NCBI GenBank assembly: GCA_977020255.1
Contig: CDROCS010000184.1
Location: forward strand, 1-64,000
Source of the DNA: Obrimoposthia wandeli
Taxonomy: Eukaryota
DNA: 64,000 bases
Direction of reading: 5' to 3'
The notes beneath the pieces are model-generated. The model was not told the DNA's origin. It saw nothing but the letters and a program-made list of their open reading frames with translations, and searched no databases. The translations under genes were made by a program, and so were the position numbers. Positions within the stretch are counted from its first letter, which is position 1; each line of letters starts with the position of its first letter. This document shows, piece by piece, positions 28,101-43,100 of the stretch.

Positions 28101-31100
28101 TAGAAAATTTCTAAAATATTTTCAAATTTTTATGCTATTAGAAGTCAATTTTAAGATTATGATAATTAGCAGATAAAATTAGATGCCGGAAATAGTAATA
28201 CTATACCAAATATCGTTTATAAGTTAAGGAGTTCCAAAATTACTGCTCGATCGAATACACACACAACATGACCACTCATGCAAATCCTTGATTGTAAGTG
28301 TATTTTACACTATTTTGTGTTTTATATATTTATGTAAAGGATTTATTTAGATTACATCCATGGTTTAGTTCAACTTGAAATACATTTTCAGGTAAAGTAA
28401 ATTTCTATGAAATATAAGCTGAGGGAATCATGAGTCAAATGACGTCTTGTTCAAATTGAGCATATCAGATGACCGGTGTTAAGATTACATTGATATTTAA
28501 AATTATATCTAATAACTAATTTTTGGCGCATTTATCTGTCTTCAACCAATTTGTGATAATGCCTCGGTAAAACTGATTTGATAATGTCGAGTTATTGCAC
28601 TTTTTAGCATTGTACTTGACGTTATTCAATGATTTTTAAGTTAGTTGTGATTTCTGCTTCTAAAACGATAAAATTGAATGACAAATTCTATTACTCAAGA
28701 ATTTGTTTATAAAATCTTTCTCCTAAATCAAAAGATATAAAAATGAGTCTTGCCAGCATCCTTTGATCGAGTCATTCGGTCTGGACGTCGCTGACGTCAC
28801 GGCTCTACTTCTTCACCATCGAGGGCGTGACCAAGACCACTACTCGGTATCGAGTGGCGTGATTTTACTGATCAAACAGGCGTACCGGCATGATGTTGGA
28901 CCACCAACTCCGACGGATCCGCGTCAGAACATGTCGCCACAACGGCTTCTTTCAACAACCATCAGTGCGACAGCAACGACTACTTCATTTCCGCCTTGTT
29001 GAGTGATCAGACGCCGCTCATACGATGTCGACCCAAACTGATGACAAGCTGCCCTCCATCAAGCTCCTCTCGGCTCTCTGCCTCAACAGTCGTCCTTATC
29101 TTTGGAGCGCCAGTTCTGGGAAGAGTTCCAGCGTGAATTCCTACGAACTCCACGACGGCGCAACATGGAACAAGGCGGAAATCTTCCCCGTCAGTTGGTG
29201 GACACCAAGAAATTCGTCCCCGTGTGAAAAGCGTAAGAATCAAAAGGAGCGGAAGCAGAAAATATTGGAAGCAATGCTTGCCGAGAGAGAAAAGAGAGAG
29301 AGCATCAAGAGAAGCAAAAAGCAGAAGTAGCAAACTCCAAGAAGGAGAAGGAGCAGATGAAGAACAAGCTGAAGAAAGAGAGAAGAGATTTACGAAAGAC
29401 GGTGGAGTCAATGAACTTCTTTAGTGTTGTGTTGGCAACTGAAGAGAGTTTGAAATCTGTGGAGTTAAGAAAAGCCGATATTAAGAATGATGTCGAGACG
29501 ATCTGCCAAAAACTGAAGATGGAAGAATTGATGGAACTTAACAAATCTCTCAAGAAGGTGGCCAACGAAGTAGAATGTCTGCAGATTATTCGCAAACAGT
29601 CGTGAAAGTCGTCAAAGAAATTATTTTTGTAGTTTAATATAAACATGTTTTTAAATATTTTACCTTTATTTATTTTTATAATTCAGAATTAACAGAATCT
29701 TTGTATTTGTTATAAACAGTAATATATTAGCTTTATATGTTTAAAGGGACAAACCATCATTCTATTTTGAATAGCCGCTTTGGCACCTCAATATTGAAAT
29801 TCGCGATAGAGAATATAAACTTTAATAAATATTTACAACAATAAAAATATATGGCGCTAACATCAAATAACTGTATTATTCATGACTCAAAACCGCTTCT
29901 TGTTTTTCGTAGATTTTTTACATTTTTCAACAATGTTACAGTTTCTTAATATTTATCAGTGTATTGTTGTAAAGATTCAGAACATAAATTTCAAATATTC
30001 CATCACTCTCATTGTTATTTGCAAAATTCTTGACCAATCTGCTGTCACCAGCGTTGCTGCATTATGAGGCTTCAATAAATGTTCATTTGTACTAGACGTT
30101 TATTAAATTAATTAAAATTCTGGCGGATTTGTAAAAAAAATTAAACGCTTTACTTGCTAACTTAGAATATAAAAAAGTAAATAATTTTTAAATTAAGGAA
30201 ACTATCCTACAATGGTCACAATTGAACAAATGTTTCTTGCTATTGTACAAAATATGACTAAATAATTTGTGAATATATATATATATATATATATAGTAAG
30301 TTATAGAAAAGGCTCTAGACAGAAATGTGGAACATTAGAAAATTTAGAAAATCTCTGTCGCATGCCTATAGGATCTCAAATTATATATATAAATAAATGT
30401 AATGTCAACATAATTTACTTGACAGACTTTTACGACTTATAATGAACAATTCCTTTTCGACTGATTCTATTTCACCGAATACGAACTCTTCGTTTATAGA
30501 TGAGCCTATGAGTAATTACAAAAAACTTCAAATAAGTTATCAGAAATGTAAATGTAAAAAATTGGAGAGATGATATGAAGTTCTTATACATTCTTATAGC
30601 CTGCAATTGATTGGAAAAAGCTTCCACCCATTCCTCAAGTACGGTGGAATTCAAAAGCTATTTTTACAAAGTTTTAATAGAATCCTGGCGATTAAAATTA
30701 CAACCAATTTACAGAATGGGCCAATAATGGTTTAATGATAAAAAAATTCAACCAGACTCAGAAAAAATTTTATTAATTGTTTAGGGTCTTTTAGAATGAA
30801 AAAAACAATATCTAAATAAACGTTGGCAATCATTAGCATCTCCTATCAATATTCCCAGAAGTAATCAAATACCACAAAGGTCAATAAAAGTTGTACAAGA
30901 ATTCATGTCAAATGATGTCACTGACAAATATCTTTCAAATGGATTTTTTACGTCTAAATTGATCTGTATAGTTAATTGCTGGATATATATTATACATTAT
31001 ATCACAATGTACTGTATTATCGTTTATATGTTTCTGGGTGACGCTTGTTAATAAAATTTGATTATTTTTATAACTTATTAAGAGTTAAATTTCATTTATC

Positions 31101-34100
31101 TACCAAACAACTATTGTAAAATTCGAAAAAAAATCCTTCTTAGTCATAAGTCAAAACTTATAACAAAGAAAAACGAAATAGAACTACCACTAAATTAACC
31201 ATTGACTAACAGAAAGTTCTTTATGTAAAACCAATACATTTAAAACGAAAAATTCATGACAAAAAATAATGAATATCACTACTTTATTATGCACAGATAT
31301 AACAAAACGTAACATAAATAATTAAAGTAAAAATCTAAATATCTACAAACTATATCTTATATTTGAGTTTTTCTTTTAAAACATTCTTTTGTTGCTAGAC
31401 ACTTTCAAATTTTCAATTACGTTTAAAGTGTTAAAAAATATTTATCAACATTGTATTTTATCAATGGTGATTCTTCTATTATTTAATCTTTATTGAGTCA
31501 ATGTAAAAAATAATTATAAAGTATCTTATTGCATTTTCTCTAAATATTTTAGATATATTCCTCGTTTGAAATTTAATTCATCATGTGTACTTAGTAATAT
31601 AAATTAATATACACTTATGAAAATTCAATACACGAAGGCTTTCTGAGTGTTTTATTATATATAAATTATAAATATTATACACCGATAATCAAGAGTTAAT
31701 CTAAATGCAAAATTTACACTTTCATTTTTTAAAAAAACTCCTTTGTTATCCTCTTTTTTGGGGTTATGAATTAAAAAGATAATATCAAACTGCGATTTGT
31801 GAATATCTTGCCGTTGTTTATAAAAATGACAGTTTTAATTCATATAAGCTGCAGAACATAATGAAAAAAAACGTTTTCATATTCGTAATTCGTGATTTTA
31901 ACTAAAAATATTATTAGCAGGTCATAATTTCTCTACGCTGACCTTGATAAGGACACCCCCGCTAACCTTGACAACCTTGTTGTCGGCCTTGGATTCACTG
32001 TCCTCATCGTCTTTGGTGTCGGTCTTCTGGTAGTAGCTGTCGTTGATGGCCTTGTAGATATTCTCGATCTCTCGCATCAGTTTCTTGGGGCGTCCTCGCG
32101 GTCTCTTCAGTATGCTGCTGTTGCTGGCCCCGTTAGTTCGCATGAGCCCATTGCTGGCCTTGAGTCGTTGTGCAATAGACTCATCCTCGACTGCTGCTGC
32201 TGCTGCTGTCGCTGCCAGTGCCAGAGTAGGTGCACACGAAGAAGTCCGATCCTCGTGGTCATCTGGCTCGGACCGGGTCTGTTTCAGTCGCACACACGAC
32301 CGGTCGCCTTCTTTCAGCCTCGAGCGCCGCAGCTTTGCTATGACAGACAGAGAGGAATGATTTTTAATGGAAATTTTCTACTTATATTTGACAAGAATAC
32401 AAAAGTATAATTATGACATCAAGGATTGCGATTATTTGACAGCTTGACTAAAGATGAAGCCAATGTTTTCTCTTTTTCTCAGTTCAACGGTGATATTTAC
32501 ATCTGTACTTGACAAATATGAAACATTTTGCTCTTGTTGGTGATTAAAGGTGATCCACATAACCACACGTTTTTAAACAAAAACAGAAATGTTTCACGAA
32601 GTAGCTTTTAAGTCTATTATACTCAAGGATATAATAAGGGAATTAAATAACAAAGTAAGAATAAAGCAACATTCACCTTGAAGTTAGTTTCATCCATTGA
32701 ACTATATTTTTCGCTGATTTAATAAACTGTAATACTGATATCCTAGTTTTAATTATTATATGTAATTGCTAATTCTTCAGATTTTAAATGAATATTGTAA
32801 CAAAGACAAAAGCTTACCAAGCATTATAAAAGCGATTGTCTAGTAAAAAAATCAAATAAAAGCAGTTGTTAATAAAAACCAGAATTTTTTTATTTAATGC
32901 TAGGTTGCATTATTTAATTTTAATCAATCCATAAATATTTTCGCAATTTGTAAGTAATATTTTTTATATATTGTTAAATTATATTGCTAAATATTGTTAT
33001 TTATTAATTAGGTATTGGAAAAAATAGCCATGTCAGCGGGCAAGAACTTATTGTAGAACCAAATCAAATGTTCGAAGGATGGAAATGCAGCTGTATGTAA
33101 CATGTGCCAACAAACCGTAAATTGTGCTGGTGGGAGCACAACTGTCTTGCATTGTCATCTCCAAAGTCGACATAAAATTAATATTTTGAAAAGAGAAACA
33201 GTTGAAATTGAAAATGATGATAATGCAGTAGCTAGTTGTTCGAAAACCATATGCATTACTTACATCACAAATGATATGAAGACTCGTTCACGCATCTCCA
33301 ACTATTTCATTAAAACTATTGACGATTCATTTCCAACAATTTTGGCTCAACTGCCAGCCAGATATTGTTTTATAATTTAAGAAAATTTGTATATCATACG
33401 ATCTCCAGAACTTATTTAGATCAAAAGGATATAAGGATATCCCAAAGTCACCAACCACGATTAATAAAATTGTTTTTCAGATTGGTTTCAAAATACGTCA
33501 GCAAGCAATAATGAGATATGATGTGTTTTTACGAGCTCATTTCAAGAATCTAAAGAGCTAAAACAATAAAATAAAAAGAAGTTTTATTGTTTCATAAAGT
33601 CATTTATTTTGTATTGCTAATTTTTTGTTATACGAAACGTGTATTATGTGTATTTATTATTCATGTTTTGTAATTAAAAATTGAAATATGTATATGTGAT
33701 TTTTTCTTTAAATAAATTAAGTTGGAATTAATGGTTTGCTTTTTTACTTTTTCATATTTTTCACTTTTATACTAGATATTTAAGCTTTACTACAATTTAA
33801 CGGTAAACCGGTTTTAACCAGAAAAGTTACCGAAAACTGGTATTTTCGCATTCCGGTAAATTTGGGACCCCTAATTAGGACGCTTGAAGATAACCTTAAA
33901 ATGAAATGCCCAAAATGGGTGTCAAATATTGTAAAAATCTGTTTAATTTAATGCCAATCGATTGTTAGAAGTAATATTAGGAAGAAAGCCATGAAAAATT
34001 TCTACAAATCAAAAAATCGTGTAGATCCTATTACTGCATTTATATTTATGTTACAGTAAATACAAAGAAATATTGCATTTTTCTGTTTTATTTGCATAAA

Positions 34101-37100
34101 GTTTGTATTTTTTATTATTTATAGTTTTTATTTGTTGGTTAAAATAATGTTGAGGAAAAATCTACAACTTTTAACCATTTAGATAATTGTACTGTAATTT
34201 TTTAGATATTACACACTATCGAAATGTGCAATATTTCTGCACGAGTGTTCCATTTATGAAGAAGAAATTTAGATAAATTTCTTATTCATTTAAAGACATT
34301 GCTAAAATAGTTGAAGTAATCTAAAAAATCTTTATATTATTATAAGCTTAAAATAAATATTTCATTTTGAATTTACAAATACAATTTAAAAATTAAAAAC
34401 TAAAATCTTACAACCGTTTGGTATTTTGAAATGTTGGTATAAAAACTACTTTGAATTGGAATATTATTACAGATTCTAAATAATAAAAAGAGTCAAAAAA
34501 TGCGTCTTAACTATAAGCAGTGTAAAGTGTCCATTCTAGAACAAGTAAATTTAAAATAATAGTTCAGTAAGACAATAAACAAAACTCTGTCAATTAAATA
34601 ACATCCAAAATTCAGTTTTGAGTAGAAAAACCCAAAATACAGTTGTGTAAAATGTGCATTAGAGAACGTCAGTTCAAGAGCAGACCTCGATACGATTTGA
34701 TATAATGTGCCGTTCACATAGAACGATCTGATACCTAACCCTTTCCCTCTTGAGTCAGACAGAGAACTGGCACAAATCCAAAATTGCCTGTTCTACGCCT
34801 GGGGCTTAGAGGGGCGGGGCCGTTATCTTGTTCTCGAATGGGCGCTTTACACTACTACTATATAAGTAAAAACAAATTGCAATATATCCAGAACCGATAA
34901 TTATTACTATGGTATTTAATATAAATATTGGATAGGTTCAAAAATAGGCACATTATGAGATCGCAATTAATGGAGCCCTTCAAGTAAGTACTTCTAGAGA
35001 TCGTCAAAATCAGAATGTTTTTTTTAAACATACTTTAGGTAAAATTTAAAAAAAAAACAATTTATATATTATTCGACAGATAAATAAATTTTACACTTAT
35101 TCATAAAGCAATTTTTCCTTAATCAATCTATTAAGATAGAAATTAAGCAAACAAAAGTTCAATTTATTGTGTTTTAAAAATTGCTTATTAAATTTATTAC
35201 ATTATTTTTAACAAGTTTAAAATTCAAATATAAATTATATATTTTATGTTAAAATTTTTCAAGTAATATAAATTATAAAATATTTTAATCATAATTAATA
35301 TTAATTTACCTTAACTTTTGAAGTTACACAATAATTTAATTTTTTTTTAAATTATTTGAATAAATCATGTGAAACCCTTTTTTAATTCTTAATTTCAAGC
35401 TGCTAATTTTTTAAATCAGGATTTATCAACACTTTATGGTTAATGAAAAAAATGTATCACCCACCAACAAAATTGAAATGTCTTAATACAAAAAACAAAT
35501 GCATTGATTTTGCAAGGTCAAGTATATGTGAGGAAATGCTAGTTATGTTTCGTCGCCAGTCCCCACATTTTTCTTTGTCTATACTTAACTATATAACTCA
35601 TTTCGCAATAAAAATTATTTTATAACTAAAATATAACTAATTGTAAATTAAATTGCGTATAATTTTCAAATCGACATTGTATGATATTGCTTAAAATTAA
35701 CAAGCTTATCAAATTTTAATTACTTTTTGAAAGGGTTTCCAAAGAAACGAGCATTATCAGTCATTTTAAGTTGAAATAAAATAAATCATTTACAATTATA
35801 AGTAAAATGAATCATAAAAAATTTTAAATATACTTTTGAATGATCATTTACATTTTATTAAGTTAAAAAAATACAGTATCAATATTTCTAATATTTTCTA
35901 AACGCCCATCCTGTGTCTACTTTGGCTTTAGCGCAACAAGTATTTTGAATGTTCGCAGGGGAAAAAAATATCCAGGTTGAGAATTTAATTAAATTTGAAA
36001 TAAGTTCAATTTAAAACTAGCTTATAGTGAGTTTAAGATATAAGTTTTCTGCTTTATTAGACACATTGAGGAAAAAATAAACATTGTTTCTTCGAGATAG
36101 AAATATTCTTTAGTTGGAAAACTAATATTAATTAAACTAATCATTATCACTGAAGTATGTCAGTATCTTATCATATTCATATTTTAGCTATTGTAAACCG
36201 GAATATTTTGAAGTCTACACATAGTATTGTTATTAAATTGTATTTATCAACAATGTATTTATTCAATTAACCTTTTTTTCTTTTTGTCTATCATATTTTG
36301 TAATTTAAGAAAAATAATCAACTATTAAATCTAATATATACAAATGTATTATTTATCAATAAAAATAGTATATTATAAAAAAAATTAAACAGATGTTTTT
36401 AATATACTAGCCGAAATATTTCAGAAATATCTCGGCCGGTAAACGGATATTATTCAGAGCGAACATAGAGAAAATGCTAATAAATTATCTCAACATTTAT
36501 CATAAAAAGAGCCTCAATATTTATTATTTTATCGAAAATAGAAATAAAGTTATTTTTCAATCTAACTAAAACTTGAAATTTTGGTGAGAATTTACAAATA
36601 AAATATTTAAACTAATTGACGAATATAAAAATATGACTAAACACATTAATCTTAACCGAAATTGACACAAACAGAGTGACATTTTGTCATCAAATTTGTT
36701 GTGAAACCTATTTACCATAATCTGAATTTAGAAAATACAAAAAGTCAAGGTCAACAAATGGCCTTGACGCTAATCAATCATACATAATGTTTGTTTACAA
36801 TCTCTTTTTTCAAATCGATAAATGCACATTTTAACTTAAATAACTTAAAATTTAGTTGTAATACAAACACAAAACGGCGTTTTACATAATTCATTTATTG
36901 CTACAAAAGTTATACCCAAACTCAGCATCAAACACGGCGTAGACAATAGGTGAACTCCAGTACCGTTTGGTGAAAACTGTCTATGTATTTTTCCAATTTC
37001 TGCCCATTCTTTGTCTATTTGTAATATATTTGTAACTCAACTATAAAATGGTCAAGACATACACAGTACCCGTCAAAGTCTGTCACACCCTTGATAAATA

Positions 37101-40100
37101 CAAAAATTAACTCCAATCAAATAGTGAACACCAGAATTCATTTTCTTTGAAATGTCTGCGGTAAAAGGTGTGGAGGTGCAATTAAAATGACTATCAAAAA
37201 TGGAACGACCAAATAAGAAAATAAAACAAAAAATAAAATTTAATAGAAGTTTTGATAACAATCTGCCAAGCCTTACCAGACAAAAAAGGTATTGAAATAA
37301 TTCCACTGATATCAAAGCTCCATTGACGAATGTTGACAATCGATAGTGTTACAGATAATAATCTCTAACTGGATACTGTTCGTTTCTTATTTAGAATCAT
37401 TTATACAAAAATGAATTTTCAGTTTTGTAGAGGTTTTATTCTTTTAAATTTATCATTTTTGGTCATCATAATAACTTCAGAATTCTTAAATATTTTATTA
37501 TAAAAACGATAAAAAACCATTAAAATCGGAAGTCAATTTTATCTCCGTTATTTTATTTTAGCAGTTTCAATAACATTTTAATTTTAATTCCAACATCAAT
37601 ACACTGTCTCATTTTTTAATTTGAAATGTTGAAAAAGTCAAAGATTTAAACAAATTTAATCCTCAAATTATGGAGCTTTAATGCATAACGAAATCTTAAA
37701 AAATGAAGTAAGATATCATAGTTATAATTTTTTTAGTATTCACATTCACATTAACCAATCTTCATATCATTCAGGTGTTCAAAGGTTTAACTGTCTATAC
37801 CATGTATCCCAGAATAAGAGGCACAGTGATAATGGAAAATTTGAAAATTTGATTAATCCCATATATTTTAATTGATTAGTCCAAATGTCAGGATTTCAAT
37901 ACTTAAATCTTGCTACAATTTATTTGACCTTTTTTTATTTATGGTGTTGAATTAAACGATCGAATACTTTTACGGGAATTTTTCTTTGCGAATAACAAAA
38001 ATGTCGTTGAAACATTTTGCGCCAATCAAAGCAATCAAAATGAAACACACACACAGTTCTGAGCCGGGTAACATTCTGGAGAGATACTGGGAATGTTGAG
38101 GAGAAAGATAGCAGAGATTGTATGCTGCTTCTTCTGGTTCAGGAGAAACTAGATATTGCTGTAGTATTTGTGCTTGATTAATATATATTTAAATTGTAAA
38201 AGAAAATTAAAGATTTAAAAGTCGTCAATTCAGCATATATTAAGAAAAAAACTCAAATCGTGAAAAATTATAAGTTAACTGGATGTATAAAGAATCAGTT
38301 CGGAAGTGGAAGCCCAAACGGTACTATTACAAGGTCGAATGCCTAATTTAAGAATGTCTGTGAAAACTCGATTGTTACCAGCATCAATTAATACAAACAA
38401 AAAACTATTCTTGACAAAGCAACAACACAAGAAAAGAAAAACACGCGCTATCGAATATTTGAAATGGAATAACTTGAAAAGAAATTCTGTAATAATTAGT
38501 ATTGAAGCTTTTTTACAAAATTTAAGCTCCAAAAGATAACGTGTAATAAAGCTAAGAAGGGATGAAGAATATGTCTTTAAGTATTCTACTTTTCATTCGG
38601 CATGGTCTTCAAATTCATGTTTGGAGCTGTTTTTCTTGAAATTGACAAAAGTCAATGCATATATCCTAAAATACCGCCAAAGTTGAAAAATATGAAATTT
38701 CCTTTAAAAGGTTCATTTTCTTGTTATATTTGGCTTAGACATGTCAATATAAATCTGAAAGATGATGGTCACATTTCGAATCAGCTCAATTATGAATTAA
38801 AGGGAAAATATAAATCAAAAGTAACCAAATAGAGTATGCAAAAGATCTCGAGTTGGTAGGCCAAGCGCAACAAGTATACGACATGAAAGTCATTTTGCAA
38901 GATTTTCTTTGAAATAAAGATGGAGGTATTTTTCAATACTTTAAGACATCCAGAAAACCCATAATTTGAAGGAGAAAAAAAAGAAAAAAGGAACTTCCCT
39001 TCAACTTGCAATTGAGCCTGTACCTTATATTTATGTGTGTGGATGTATGAATTTTAATGAAATATAAATTATAAAATTCATTAATGGAACCATAAATGCT
39101 GTAAAATATCAAGAAATATTAGAAGATATTGAAACGATTGGTAAAAGTTTAGTTTTCTCTAACTTCAAATTTATTTTTCAACATATTGTTATTTTTCAAC
39201 CACTTCATAGAACGTCTAGAACTTTGAATATGCTGCTGAATATAATTACAAAGAATTTCGTATATCAGATAATTCTCCGGATCGAAATCCAATTGAAAAC
39301 ATTTAGATATTTATTAAGACTCAAATGGAACTAAATTATTTCGGTATTTGTGAATAAGCTGTGGAAAGAAGTTTGTGAAACTTTGTATTTGATAAATCCT
39401 GAAACTACCAAAATATTGTCTTTGTACCACATAGTTTAGAAATGGTAGTGAAATTAAAAGAATATCTCACAAAATACTAAGTTATATCTGTAATATAAAT
39501 TCAATAAATTGTACTCCTATCTGACTTTTTATATTTCTACACTAAGGCGTGACAAGGCTTCTGTTTTGCACATTTTATAAAATATTATATGAGTGTCTGT
39601 TGGTTTTTCAACACGTCTACAAATTTTAACAATATTTAGTACCGTCACAAGGACCATCCAAAAATAGTTATATGACGGAAATTTAACTATTTTATGCTGT
39701 CCAGGTAATTCATTAAATCTAAATCCTATCGAAAATAAATTTACCACCACAAAAAACGCTAACATTCAAAACTCTGTATTTGTGTTAATTTAAATGAATA
39801 TTAATTATGTTTTTCATTCTGTTTGCTATTTTTTTAGGGAGTGGGTAGACTTTTGATGAAGGCGGAAAAACTCTTCTAAACAGTTATATAGTGGTTTTTC
39901 CCAAGTGAAGTTGGAAAACTTTGAATTTATTTGAAGTTTGTCAACAATCACAATTTTGCATATACACCTGTTTGACAAAAAAAGTACTCGAATTTAGCCG
40001 CATATTTAATGTTCCTTCATTTTTATCTCTTACAAAACAAATTATGCATAGTATAAAGTGACAAATTTCGAGCACCACAACACAACAAAGTACTACCTCA

Positions 40101-43100
40101 AAGGGGTAGTTCTTACCGAAATGTTGTGAAATCATCACTTTATGCTATTTATGAAGATTCTAAGATATTTATTGACAATGTTTCCAATGAGATTATATCA
40201 AGATAAAACGGAAAATAAACAACTTGAATTTTAGACTCAAAAGTGCCTATATTAAATCTTTATTTGCTTACAAATCTGTAGATAATCCCAATTCGAACTA
40301 ATTTTACTAACTTTGCTATTTTCTTTCATTTTGAGTTTTCCTCATCCATGTTTAATTCGTTGTTTGCCCATTCTGCAGTCGCTTCGGTCTTTATTTCAGT
40401 TTTCATTCACGAATTCATCACTTTAGCCAATTATATCCCCTACAAACTGCATCCTTGAGAAAATTTGCATCATTGTCTATTTAAATATATTCACTCTTTT
40501 TCAATCTACACATCGTCTCTTCTGAATCATCCATGATTATACTGATTAAATTACAAAAAACAGTAAAAATTCCAATAAATTCAAGTAACATCCATTTACA
40601 ACAATCCACCGATTAATATAAGAAACTGAAATATAAAAGAAGCAGCTGAAGATTTTGCTATTCAAGAAAGAATACAAATATTAATGAAACACCGCAAGTA
40701 CTTTTGGGTTATAAATCATAGATTTATTAGATGTTAGCGCTATATTAAATATACTATTGGTATTGTTAATAATAAATAACAAATATTCTATGATGAAACT
40801 AATGATTCAAGTGTATATATAGTAGTGGCATGTGATGACTTTAGCATAAGGAAAAATACGAGACTCCCTGCCAGCAGATTCTCCCGGGTAATCGCCATGT
40901 TGGCATGACAACTGTAAGACGATCACCATGGCAACCATGCATATACATAGCCGTTAGCATGGCAACCGAGTACATTTTGCCATGAAAACCGCGGTACGTG
41001 TCGTTATTAAGTCACCACCACATTCCACTACTAGATATATTATATAAAATAAGTTTCACAATGACCATTTAAACAGGATAATATTTTCAGTAGAAGAGTA
41101 TGGATTTTCAAAGAGTTAAGATTATCACCCGGGATTATAAAAACAAACTCACGTCCTGGACTGTTAAGTATTGAGCAACTGAATGTGTCACCGTTGTCAC
41201 TGGATACACGACGAACAAATACCAATCTGGAAGAAGGTGGGAAAAAGTCATCGACTCCGATCCATTTGAGGACATTCTTGATCAACTGGGAATCTGGGGA
41301 ATGTTCACACTGCTCTGCAGAGGTGACTGTGCCGTATTTAGAGCAGGCCACAAATTTCGAGAGTCGACAGTAGAAAGATTCGGTGGCAATGAATACCGGA
41401 GTTCCTGCAACAAAATGAAGATCACTAGCAACTTATTACTTTCTAAGAAAAATAGTAGTGTAATTAGTTAGTATTCCAAGTAAAAAGTAACTTTTCGAAA
41501 AAAGCAGTTTCTTTATCTAATCAAAACTCAGGTAAACAACTCAATGTTTAAACGTCTCAAAGTCATAGTAATATTACTTTCATGGGTCATTGTAAATTAA
41601 AAATTAATACTTAAGTGTGTTATGAATGAATTTTTTTTTAAAATTGCGCATTAATACAGTGGAAATAAATATAAACAAATAGTAAGAATACATACTTTTG
41701 TTGTTAAAACATCGTTACCATGGTTAACATTTTTGGATAAAAATACAATTACATTTGGCTACGTTATGTGAAAATAATCCATTTCAATGCTGTATAAAAG
41801 ATTCATTTTTAAAAAAGTAATTTTAACATATTATTAATTCAAATGTGTCAAATTGATAACTGATTAAATCAAATTGGCTTTTAAAAAGGTAAAAGAATAT
41901 CCAACAATATGTATGAATAATAAAAAGCAACTTTCAACTTCAATAACTTCAACATCGATTTTGAAAAAATGCATGTAGAACAAATGCATCCTGTTGAGAA
42001 ATTTATCGATCAAAATAAAAGTATAAACGCTTCACAAATGGGTTCATGCAAATTTTGAAGCACTTTAAATTTCACGATTTAACAAATTTGTTTAAATTTT
42101 AAAAAGTATTTATCGGATTTCTAATGTATTGAGTAACTTAAAAAGCAACCTTGTAACGTAACATATGTCTTGTTGATGCAATACCTTGTAGCATGACTAA
42201 TTACTAATTGAGATTAATCAGAAATAAAAAATCGAAATTTGAATGTACCAATGAGCATTCAAACTGAGGTGAAGTGCTCCTTTGTGCTTTGTTGGCGATT
42301 ACATACAATGAGTGTGTGTTGCTGTTGGAGCAATTGGCCACGAATGTGGTGGTCTGCATTCGTAGTTCAGACGATTGTTTTAATTGGAAAGGAATTGTTT
42401 AGTTTTATGGATGTGAAAAGGAAAATAAGAATCGATGAATTAAAAAGTGTTGATAATGGATGTTAATAAATGTCTGACAGCGTTGGTGAGTGTATGGTTT
42501 ATGACGACTATTTGAATTGAAATCATTCGATGTGTCGAGAAACTATGTTCAAATTAGTTTAAATGGTAATAAAAATCGATGAATGTGTCATTAAAAAAGT
42601 TGCGTTATTTACAGTAAAAATAAAGTTAAATAAAAATTGTTCTTTGCAACTAGCATTCAGAAATGATCATGGGTGTTAGATGTAAATAGTAACAATTAAT
42701 ATGTAATTGAAAAAGTACTTAAATGTAAACGTTAAAAAAATATTTAAGAAAAATATTTATGTTATAAAAAGTATTAATTCTAAATATTCTTCATCAACGG
42801 TAATTACAATTATATTTGAAATAACTAGGTGCCTCTGAATATTAAAATAATAAGCTAAATACTCTGAACATAGAAATATTGAACTAAAAGATAAAATTAA
42901 TTTTGTTTAATTGGTCAAAATAGTCAAAATTTAAACGAAGAACTTTTTTATAATTATGTATAAAGATTATATTAATAAATAAGTTATAATATTTTTTTCT
43001 ATAAATAAAGCTGAGATCTAGTATTAATAATCTTTGAATTATTTTGAAGTTGTACCAATTATTTTATGCAAATATTAGGCTTAGACTCGTCATCAATGAA

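Noticed and set aside
705-29605. Non-standard genetic code (TGA or TAR as sense), suggested by in-frame TGA at 6289-6291, four TGAs in 28743-29025 and TAGs in the terminal exon
   Set aside because: Clear exons use only CAR for many Gln and contain no internal stops. All three frames of the 28.7-kb island show TGA only, because TAA/TAG trimers are absent. Alternative acceptors explain the other cases.
29007-32410. ORFs 29007-29411, 29305-29646, 32085-32360, 32168-32410
   Set aside because: Antisense shadows of GC-rich coding sequence on the other strand.
36950-37400. Possible mariner remnant (CAGTACCCGTCAAA; FDISGII)
   Set aside because: Too decayed to assign.
38390-38480. Tc1-like KKLFLTKQQHKKRKTRAIEY segment
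   Set aside because: Short and out of order with the Tc1 at 38780; it only lowers confidence in the adjacent optional exon.
42239-42466. GC-richer stretch with a CCAAT word and a minus-strand GTATGT donor
   Set aside because: No acceptor or convincing frame; might be an alternative first exon but is not supportable.
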